A stretch of 64,000 nucleotides of DNA from Thermoproteota archaeon (GTDB taxonomy: Archaea > Korarchaeota > Korarchaeia > Korarchaeales > Korarchaeaceae), in NCBI GenBank assembly GCA_027491435.1, contig JAOZFG010000028.1:1-64000 (forward strand), in the 5' to 3' direction. Within the stretch, counting starts at the first letter, position 1. The number at the start of each line of letters is the position of its first letter. The notes beneath the pieces are model-generated. The model was given only the letters and a program-made list of their open reading frames with translations, ran no database searches and was not told the DNA's origin. Made by a program: the position numbers and the translations under genes. Shown one piece after another: positions 56,874 to 64,000 of this stretch.

Positions 56874-58172
56874 GTGGCCCAAACCCATAGGGTGGTCGAT
56901 TTGGTAGAAGTGTTAGAGAGCCCGCCTGAGTTCAAGAAGCTCAGGGTGCCCGAAGAGGGGGAGAAGATAACAGTTAGGGATGGCAGGCTGGCGGTGCCCG
57001 ACGAGCCCATCGTAGTTTACATAGAGGGGGACGGGATAGGCCCCCAGATAGTCAGCCAGGCCAGGGCGGTCATAGACGCTGCGGTCGAGAAGGTTTACGG
57101 TGGGAAGAGGAGGATAGTCTGGTGGGAGGCTTACGCTGGAGAGAAGGCCATGAAGGAGTATGGGGAGCTCCTGCCCGAGGACACGATACTGGCCATAAGG
57201 TACAGCGTTGTGGCCCTCAAGGGACCGCTCACCACGCCCGTGGGCACTGGCTTCAGGTCCCTCAACGTGGCCCTCAGGAAGAAGCTGGACCTCTACGCCA
57301 ACATAAGGCCCGTTCAGTTCTTCGGGCAGCCCTCCCCCCACAAGTACGCTGAACACGACAACTTCGTCATATTCAGGGAGAACACGGAGGACCTCTACGC
57401 TGGAATAGAGTGGAGGGCTGACAGCCCTGAGGCCCAGAAGATTAGGGAGTTCCTGAAGAAGGAGTTCGGGATAGAGTTGAGGGAGGACGCTGGCATAGGC
57501 ATAAAGCCGATAAGCAAGTTTGGGACTCAGAGGCTCATGAGGAAGGCTTTACAGTACGCAATTGACAACAACAGGGGGCCTGTGACCATAATGCACAAGG
57601 GCAACATAATGAAGTACACTGAGGGCGCCTTTAGGGAGTGGGCCTACGAGTTAGCGGTCACCGAGTTCAGGGATTACGTGGTAACTGAGGAGGAGCTTTG
57701 GGAGAAGTACAACGGACAGCTTCCTGAGGGCAAGATCCTGGTGAACGACAGGATAGCGGACAACATGCTCCAGCAGATAATAACGAGGCCCTGGGACTAC
57801 GACGTGATAGTGGCCCCAAACGTCAACGGGGACTACATAAGCGACGAGGCCAACGCCCTGGTGGGGGGCATAGGCATGGCCGCCGGGATGAACGCCGGCG
57901 ACTACATGGCTTTGGCCGAGCCCGTACACGGGACCGCTCCCAAGTACGCTGGAAAGGACGTGGCCAACCCGACAGCTGAGATACTGAGCGGATGCCTCCT
58001 GCTAGAGTACATAGGTTGGAAGGAGGCCTCTGAGGTCATAAAGAAGGCCATAAGGGAGGCTATAACCGGTAAGAAGGTCACCCAGGACCTCGCCAGGCAC
58101 ATGCCCGGGGTGGAACCTTTAAAGGCCAGCGAGTACACCCAAGTGCTCATCGACATAATAAGGCGGGGCTAA
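56874..58172 (+). CDS. icd: Isocitrate dehydrogenase
   Basis: IEGDGIG, KGPLTTPVG, RSLNV, FRENTED, HKGNIMK and HGTAPKY motifs. Confidence 0.97.
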   Translation: MAQTHRVVDLVEVLESPPEFKKLRVPEEGEKITVRDGRLAVPDEPIVVYIEGDGIGPQIVSQARAVIDAAVEKVYGGKRRIVWWEAYAGEKAMKEYGELLPEDTILAIRYSVVALKGPLTTPVGTGFRSLNVALRKKLDLYANIRPVQFFGQPSPHKYAEHDNFVIFRENTEDLYAGIEWRADSPEAQKIREFLKKEFGIELREDAGIGIKPISKFGTQRLMRKALQYAIDNNRGPVTIMHKGNIMKYTEGAFREWAYELAVTEFRDYVVTEEELWEKYNGQLPEGKILVNDRIADNMLQQIITRPWDYDVIVAPNVNGDYISDEANALVGGIGMAAGMNAGDYMALAEPVHGTAPKYAGKDVANPTAEILSGCLLLEYIGWKEASEVIKKAIREAITGKKVTQDLARHMPGVEPLKASEYTQVLIDIIRRG

Positions 58173-58367
58173 ACCATTGGCCCCCACTCCTTCTTTATGC
58201 TTAACGTTGAAGCCCCTGAAGGCTCTTATCACGCCTTTCACCTTCCCTGGATGTTAGATCCCCTGGCTTATAGGTCCCCTGGAGGCGTACAGAAAAACCG
58301 ACTAGTCCCTCAAGCAGGCCCTATGAGTAACGCTTTATAGCTCAGGCCGGCATTAAGGGGGAGGACC

Positions 58368-59699
58368 TTGAGGCTGAAATATCACAGAGGCACCATAATA
58401 GTTGAGGGGGTTAGAAGGGCCCCGTTCTGCAAATGGGACCCCAGGATAAACGCCTTGAGGGCCTTGGCCTTCAGGTACAGGGAGCTTAAGGAGTCCTTTC
58501 CAACGGCGGTGGATGAGGTCATGGACCCTCTGCCCGTGCCGCCCCTCAAGTCGGACGTGGAGCTCAAGCCCTTCCAGAGGGAAGCCCTGGACTCCTGGAT
58601 GTCCGAGAGGAGGGGGATCATAGTCCTGCCCACCGGGGCCGGCAAGACTTACATAGCTTTGAAGGCCATGGAGGAGCTTAACGTCTCCACCCTGGTGGTG
58701 GTGCCCACCCTGCCCCTGCTGGAGCAGTGGAGGGAGAAGATAAGGAGGCACCTGGGATTTGACCCCGGGACAGTTGGAGGCGGGAGGTCGGAGCTCAGGG
58801 GGATAACCGTAATAACTTACGACTCCGCCTACCTGAAGGCAGATACGCTGGGCAACAAGTTCGAGCTCGTGGTCTTCGACGAGGTTCACCACCTGGCGGC
58901 TGAGGGTTACATAGAGATAGCCCAATACCTGGCGTCCCCCTACAGGATGGGCCTCACCGCCACGCTGGAGAGGGAGGATGGCAGGCACACCCTCCTCTTC
59001 CCCCTGGTAGGAGGGGTCGTCTACCAGCTGAGCCCCAGGGAGCTGTCAGGGGAGCACCTGTCCGAGTTCGAGACCATAAGGGTGAGGGTCGAGCTGACCC
59101 CTGAGGAGAGGGCTAAGTACGAGGAGCTGATAAAAAAGTATAACGAGAGCCTGAGGAAGGCCAACATGAAGATAACGTCGCTGGAGGACTTCAGGAGGTT
59201 GATAATGAGGAGCGGTCTCAACAAGGACGCTAGGAGGGCCCTTATCTACTGGAATCAGGCGAGGAAGGTGGCTATAAACTCTAGGTCTAAGCTGAAGGTT
59301 TTGGAGGACCTTCTAGAGAGCCACAGGAATGACAAGGTGATCATATTCACAGAGTACAACGAGATGGCCGAGGAGATAAGCAAGAGGTTCCTAATACCCC
59401 TGATAACCCACAGGACCCACAAGGAGGAGAGGTCCAAGATATTGGAGGCCTTCAAGATAGGCTCGGTCACTAAGATAGTCACCTCCAAGGTCTTGGACGA
59501 GGGGGTTGACGTGCCGGATGCCAGGGTGGGCATAATACTGGGAGGGACTGGAAGCAGGAGGGAGTTCGTCCAGAGGCTGGGAAGGATCTTGAGGAAGAGG
59601 GAGGGGAAGAGGGCAGTGCTCTACGAGATAGTCTCGGCCGGCACATCAGAGGTTAGAATATCCTACAGGAGGAGGAAGGGCCTCAATGCTTCCCTCTGA
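58368..59699 (+). CDS. xpb: XPB/Rad25-like DNA helicase
   Basis: LPTGAGKT, DEVHH, LTATLERED and QRLGRILR motifs. Confidence 0.93.
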   Translation: MRLKYHRGTIIVEGVRRAPFCKWDPRINALRALAFRYRELKESFPTAVDEVMDPLPVPPLKSDVELKPFQREALDSWMSERRGIIVLPTGAGKTYIALKAMEELNVSTLVVVPTLPLLEQWREKIRRHLGFDPGTVGGGRSELRGITVITYDSAYLKADTLGNKFELVVFDEVHHLAAEGYIEIAQYLASPYRMGLTATLEREDGRHTLLFPLVGGVVYQLSPRELSGEHLSEFETIRVRVELTPEERAKYEELIKKYNESLRKANMKITSLEDFRRLIMRSGLNKDARRALIYWNQARKVAINSRSKLKVLEDLLESHRNDKVIIFTEYNEMAEEISKRFLIPLITHRTHKEERSKILEAFKIGSVTKIVTSKVLDEGVDVPDARVGIILGGTGSRREFVQRLGRILRKREGKRAVLYEIVSAGTSEVRISYRRRKGLNASL

Positions 59700-61209
59700 G
59701 CTGTTGAGGGCAAGGAGGAGAGGGGACAGGCTCATACCCCTCTGGGCCAGGGGGAGCGAGCTCGAGCTAGCGGTGGCTAAGGAGCTGATCTCCATCTTTA
59801 AGGAGGGGAAGAGCTTAAGGGAGATAGAGGAGGAAGCCGAAGAGGTTGAGAGGCTCTACGAGACCTTTCTGGATTACAAGTTCGTCAGGGGAATTTTCAT
59901 ACTCCTGGAGAGGAAGGCCGAGTTTAGGAGGCCGGAAACGCCGGTTAACCCGATGAGGGCCAGGGAGGTGCTTTACAGGGTAGTGAACGAGAGGTACCAC
60001 GGGTTCGTCCTGGGGGAGGTGAGGGAGGAGGCGCTGAGGCTGGTAGCCCATGAGCTAGGCGTCGATCACGGGGAGGTTGAGAGGGTCCTCTGGGCCGACT
60101 TCGACGAGAACCTAAGGCTGGTTCACTTCCCCGAAGTTGATCCCAAGGAGTTGCTGAGGGAGTACAACCTCTCCCTGTTGCAGACGGCCCTGTTCAAGTC
60201 GGTGAGGATGATTATCAGGACTAAAGCTCCTGGTCACGAGCTTAAGCCCCTGCTCAGGTCAATAAAGGGCAAGGGCCTAATGTACACGGCGTGGAAGGAG
60301 GGGGGACTTACAGTGATATCTGTAGACGGCCCGGCCTCCGTACTGAAGATGACCACCAAGTACGGCACGGCCTTGGCCAAGGTCGTCCCTTCTCTGATGA
60401 GAATGAGTCATTGGGAGCTCTGGGCCAGGATAGTGAGGAAGTTCGGGTCCAGGAAGTCCCTGCTAAAGCTGGAAGTCAGCTCTTCCTCCCGAGACCTCTT
60501 CCCCGAAGCAAAGGTTGAGGTTAAGCCCTTCGACAGCGAGTGGGAGAGGGAGCTCCACAATGCCCTGGTGGCCGACGGCTGGAGGGTTGAGAGGGAGCCC
60601 GATCCCTTGATAGCAGGCAGCTCCGTGATGATCCCCGACTTCAAGGTGAGTAAGGGGCTCGTGAAAGTTTACATAGAGCTGGTCGGCTTTTGGACCCCAG
60701 ATTACGTGAGGAAGAAGGTGGAGAAGGTCAGGAAGGTGAAGGAGCCCGTCCTACTGGTTGTTAGGAAGGACCTCCTGGTGGCCCCCATGGGCAGGCTGGG
60801 AGCCGACGTCCTACTCTTCGAGAGGAGGCTTGATAAGGCCCCCTTGATAAGGAAGCTCAAGGAGCTGGAGAGGTCCCTCCTCCCCAGGGCTCATATAAAG
60901 GTGGAAGGCGATCTAGTGTCCCTGGGGGAGCTGTCCAGGGAGAGCGGCTACACTAAATCCCAGTTGAAGGACCTCCTAAAGGAGGTTAGGGGCTACTCCT
61001 TGGTCGGAGGTTACCTTATCTCCCAGGAGCTTCTGGACAGAATCAGGGAGCTCGTCCTTAGGGAGAGGCCCAGGAAGATAGGCGAGCTCAAATCCCTGCT
61101 CAGGAAGGAAGGGTTGCCCACCTCCGCGGCGGTTGCGCTGGCCGAGGAAGTTGGGCTAAAAGTTAGGTGGAGGAGCCTGGAGGAGGACGAGGCAGACCTC
61201 CTGTACTAG
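59686..61209 (+). CDS. bax1: Bax1 endonuclease (DUF790)
   Basis: MLPSELL, YNLSLLQT, DGPAS...KYG, FDSEWE, IPDF and ELVGFWT motifs; coupled to xpb. Confidence 0.92.
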   Translation: MLPSELLRARRRGDRLIPLWARGSELELAVAKELISIFKEGKSLREIEEEAEEVERLYETFLDYKFVRGIFILLERKAEFRRPETPVNPMRAREVLYRVVNERYHGFVLGEVREEALRLVAHELGVDHGEVERVLWADFDENLRLVHFPEVDPKELLREYNLSLLQTALFKSVRMIIRTKAPGHELKPLLRSIKGKGLMYTAWKEGGLTVISVDGPASVLKMTTKYGTALAKVVPSLMRMSHWELWARIVRKFGSRKSLLKLEVSSSSRDLFPEAKVEVKPFDSEWERELHNALVADGWRVEREPDPLIAGSSVMIPDFKVSKGLVKVYIELVGFWTPDYVRKKVEKVRKVKEPVLLVVRKDLLVAPMGRLGADVLLFERRLDKAPLIRKLKELERSLLPRAHIKVEGDLVSLGELSRESGYTKSQLKDLLKEVRGYSLVGGYLISQELLDRIRELVLRERPRKIGELKSLLRKEGLPTSAAVALAEEVGLKVRWRSLEEDEADLLY

Positions 61210-61640
61210 GCGTTCTTGAGGAAGGCCTTCACGTAGGACAGCACTGACCTTATCAGCCTCTTCAGCTCCCTGCTCTCCTCTTCAACCCTCCTTATGTCCC
61301 TGGATATTTTGACCAGCTCCCTCTCAGCCATGCTAAGCCCCTTCAAGCTCTTCGCTCCCACTATAGAGCGCTTAACCACTAGCTTATTCGTCCTGGACCC
61401 CAGCATCTCCAGCTGCTTGATCAAGTCAGCCTTGACGTTCCTGTGGTCGGAGTCAACCTTTGTGAGGAGGATCCTCATCTTGTAGAGCTCCTTCCTCTCC
61501 TTCTCCAGGGGGTCGAACTCCACGTCCACCCTGAACACGTTGCCAGCGTCGATTAGCTCCACGTAATCCGACAGGCCCAGGGACTCTATAACCTCCTGAA
61601 GTCTACCCAGACCTACCCAGCTACTCCTCCTCATCTCCAA
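61206..61640 (-). CDS. Hypothetical coiled-coil protein
   Basis: 144-aa ORF with host-like codon usage, GGAGG RBS and overlap with the upstream gene. Confidence 0.6.
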   Translation of the reverse strand: MEMRRSSWVGLGRLQEVIESLGLSDYVELIDAGNVFRVDVEFDPLEKERKELYKMRILLTKVDSDHRNVKADLIKQLEMLGSRTNKLVVKRSIVGAKSLKGLSMAERELVKISRDIRRVEEESRELKRLIRSVLSYVKAFLKNA

Positions 61641-61812
61641 CCTCCACCTCTGCGACTATAGGTCCCCTGTAGCCGCAGTCCTCACAGACCCACTCCTCCG
61701 GGGTGAGCCAGCCGGAGAAGGGGGATATCCTCCTTATGTTAGTGCTCCCACACACGGGACACACGGTTATGGTTATCTTCTTCGTTTTTCCCTTTTTCCC
61801 CCAGAATTTCAA
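61621..61812 (-). CDS. Small zinc-ribbon protein
   Basis: CPVCGS...CEDCGY motif. Confidence 0.75.
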   Translation of the reverse strand: MKFWGKKGKTKKITITVCPVCGSTNIRRISPFSGWLTPEEWVCEDCGYRGPIVAEVEVGDEEE

Positions 61813-61877
61813 AGTTATCCCTCACTTTCACTTTGGTTATACCGGTTATAGGCCCGACGTCCCTTTTAAGGGTTTTT

Positions 61878-62102
61878 ATGAAGAGGAGGAGGGGAGTCAC
61901 CGGCACCCTGGAGCAGGCCCTGCTGGTGGCAGTGACAATAGCCCTTTTCATGACCTTAGTAGTGGGGCCGATGGTCAACACGGTGGATAACATAACTAGC
62001 TTGCCAGCCGACGCCTGGGAGAGTTGGAACAACTTCATCGATTGGGTTTACGACTCCCTGGACCAGATATTCCTAGGTCAGCCCTCTGAGGGCGGAGGTT
62101 AG
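61878..62102 (+). CDS. Small class III signal peptide (pilin-like) protein
   Basis: MKRRRG|VTGTLEQALLVAVTIALF: basic residues, Gly cleavage site and hydrophobic helix. Confidence 0.6.
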   Translation: MKRRRGVTGTLEQALLVAVTIALFMTLVVGPMVNTVDNITSLPADAWESWNNFIDWVYDSLDQIFLGQPSEGGG

Positions 62103-62170
62103 CGTCTCGGGCACCTCCATTAGGAACTTTTTTGAATCCTAACACCCCTTTTTCTCAGCAGGGTGGTAAC

Positions 62171-64000
62171 TTGAACCAGGAAGAGGCAATCAAAAAAATG
62201 AGGGAAATTCAGAGGAAGTGGAGGAAAAGGTGGGAGGAATCCGGCATCTTTGAAGCTGATCCCGACCCCTCCAGGGAGAAGTTCTACATTACGGTCGCCT
62301 ACCCCTACCCCAACAGCCCCCAGCACATAGGCCACGGCAGGACCTACGGGCTCGCCGACGCCTATGCCAGGTTCAAGAGGATGCGAGGCTACAACGTGCT
62401 CCTCCCAATGGCCTTCCACTACACCGGTACGCCGATACTCGCGATGGCCAGGAGGCTTAAGGAGGGGGATCAGGAGCTCAGGGAACTCTTCGTTAGGATA
62501 TACAAGATACCGGAGGAGAAGGTAGATGAGCTCACTGACCCGCTCAAGTTGGCCAGGTACTTCCACGAGGAGATAAAGGAGGGCATGAAGCTCATGGGCT
62601 ACTCCATAGACTGGAGGAGGGAGTTCACCACCATAGACCCTGCCTACAACAGGTTCATAACCTGGCAGTTCTACAAGCTCAAGGAGAGAGGTTACCTCAC
62701 CAAGGGAAGGCACCCTGTGGGCTGGTGTCCCAGGTGCGATAACGCTGTAGGTCAGCACGATACCAAGGGGGATGTGGAGCCTGAGATAGGTGAGACGACC
62801 GCCATAAAGTTCAGGTTAGCTGATGAGGACCTGATCCTCCCGGTCATAACCTTCAGGCCCGAGACGGTCTTCGGGGTCACCAACCTCTGGATAAGGCCCT
62901 TCTACAGGTATAAGGTGATCAGGGTCGGGGAAGAGAGGTGGGTCGTCTCAGAACTCGCTGTGACCAAGCTCAAGTTCCAGGGATTCAAGGTGGAGGTGGT
63001 CGACGAGATAGAGGGCAGGGAGCTCGTCGGCAAGCGGGCCATAAACCCGGTCACCGGTGACAGGGTGATAGTGCTCCCAGCCGAGTTCGTAGACCCGGAT
63101 TACGGCACTGGGGTGGTCATGTCCGTCCCAGCCCACGCTCCCTACGACTACCTCGCGCTCGTAGACCTCAAGAGGGACCCGTCCAGGCTTGAGGACTTCG
63201 GCCTCGGCAGGGGAGTAGTAGAGGAGCTCGAGCCAATCTCCATAATAAAGGTGGAGGGTTTCTCGGACTACCCGGCCAAGGACGTGGTGGAAAAGCTTGG
63301 GGTGAAGGACCAGAATGATCCCCTGGCTGAGAAGGCCACCGAGGAGGTCTACTCCAAGGAGTATCACTCAGGGGTCATGAAGGAAAATACGGGCCAGTTC
63401 GCTGAAATGCCCGTTTCTAAAGCGAAGGAGGAGGTCAGGAAGTACATAATAGAGAAGGGGCTGGGCTTCAACTTCTACGAGATAGTCAACTCCCCAGTGT
63501 ACTGCAGGTGTGGGGCCAAGATAGTTGTGAAGATAGTGGAGGATCAGTGGTTCATCGATTACTCGAACCCAGAGTGGAAGAGGATGGCCCATGAAGCCCT
63601 GAACAACATGAGGATAATACCAGAGGAGCTCAGAGAGGAGTTCAGGGAGGCAATAGACTGGATGAAGGAGAAGGCCTGCGCTAGGAAGAGCGGGCTGGGC
63701 ACAAGGCTCCCGTTCGACCCCAACTGGATAATAGAGAGCCTCTCGGACTCCACAATATACATGGCCTACTACACACTGTCCAAGTTCATCAACCAGGGCA
63801 AGGTCAAGCCAGAGCAGTTCACCAACGAGGTTTTCGATTACATATTCCTGGGCAAAGGGGATCCTGATAAGCTCCCCGTGGAGAGGGAAGTGCTCGAAGA
63901 GCTCAGGAGAGAGTTCCTCTACTGGTATCCGCTTGACTCCAGGCACAGCGGAAGGGACCTTATCTGGAACCACCTGACGTTCTTCATATTCAACCACGTG
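62171..64000 (+). CDS. leuS: Leucyl-tRNA synthetase (runs off the window end; absent from the ORF track)
   Basis: TTG at 62171 after GGTGG; KFYITVAYPYPNSPQHIGHGRTY (HIGH), MAFHYTGTP, GTGVVMSVPAHAP, IESLSDSTIY and GRDLIWNH motifs. Confidence 0.96.
   Translation, partial: MNQEEAIKKMREIQRKWRKRWEESGIFEADPDPSREKFYITVAYPYPNSPQHIGHGRTYGLADAYARFKRMRGYNVLLPMAFHYTGTPILAMARRLKEGDQELRELFVRIYKIPEEKVDELTDPLKLARYFHEEIKEGMKLMGYSIDWRREFTTIDPAYNRFITWQFYKLKERGYLTKGRHPVGWCPRCDNAVGQHDTKGDVEPEIGETTAIKFRLADEDLILPVITFRPETVFGVTNLWIRPFYRYKVIRVGEERWVVSELAVTKLKFQGFKVEVVDEIEGRELVGKRAINPVTGDRVIVLPAEFVDPDYGTGVVMSVPAHAPYDYLALVDLKRDPSRLEDFGLGRGVVEELEPISIIKVEGFSDYPAKDVVEKLGVKDQNDPLAEKATEEVYSKEYHSGVMKENTGQFAEMPVSKAKEEVRKYIIEKGLGFNFYEIVNSPVYCRCGAKIVVKIVEDQWFIDYSNPEWKRMAHEALNNMRIIPEELREEFREAIDWMKEKACARKSGLGTRLPFDPNWIIESLSDSTIYMAYYTLSKFINQGKVKPEQFTNEVFDYIFLGKGDPDKLPVEREVLEELRREFLYWYPLDSRHSGRDLIWNHLTFFIFNHV

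Noticed and set aside
58368-61209. Helicase plus nuclease pair as a defence system
   Set aside because: Matches the known archaeal XPB-Bax1 repair pair.
770-61990. Numerous short Ser/Leu/Pro-rich antisense ORFs in the ORF track
   Set aside because: Antisense or off-frame shadows of well-supported genes, with no motifs.
62120-63997. Three minus-strand ORFs (62120-62758, 62948-63367, 63368-63997)
   Set aside because: Shadow ORFs of leuS on the plus strand, which the ORF track missed because it has no stop in the window.
1-64000. tRNA and rRNA genes
   Set aside because: No T-loop/cloverleaf or rRNA signatures were recognised by eye in intergenic regions; a tRNAscan run would be needed to exclude intron-split tRNAs.

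Overview
Genomic window from a (hyper)thermophilic archaeon, probably Thermoproteota/Korarchaeia-like, judged by AGG/ATA codon usage, TATA-type promoters and archaeal gene families. The left half (about 0.2-33.6 kb) is a defence island. It holds a cas6 / SAVED-like gene / divergent cas6 cassette, a complete type I-A CRISPR-Cas system (csa1-cas1-cas2, converging on cas4-cas3''-cas3'-cas8a-cas5-cas7-csa5, with a divergent csa3 regulator) and a complete type III-B operon (cmr2-3-4-5-1-6). The last gene of the III-B operon is translationally coupled to a very AT-rich 667-aa beta-solenoid/membrane protein. The island also contains two repeat-expanded coiled-coil PD-(D/E)XK-like genes, a HEPN-MNT pair and many decayed IS6-like fragments. 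No CRISPR array is present, only one orphan repeat-like unit at about 273-311, and no Csx1/Csm6/NucC-type effector is recognisable. The right half is mostly housekeeping: ubiD/ubiA, ABC transporters, a double GT-C glycosyltransferase, MarC, a KaiC-like ATPase, an opp system, M20 peptidase, PLD nuclease, glyoxylate reductase, MNT-HepT, icd, xpb-bax1, a pilin-like gene and a truncated leuS. The best novelty candidates are the cmr6-coupled membrane/beta-solenoid gene and the cas6-SAVED-like-cas6 cassette. All calls are from motif recognition by eye; no database searches were run.
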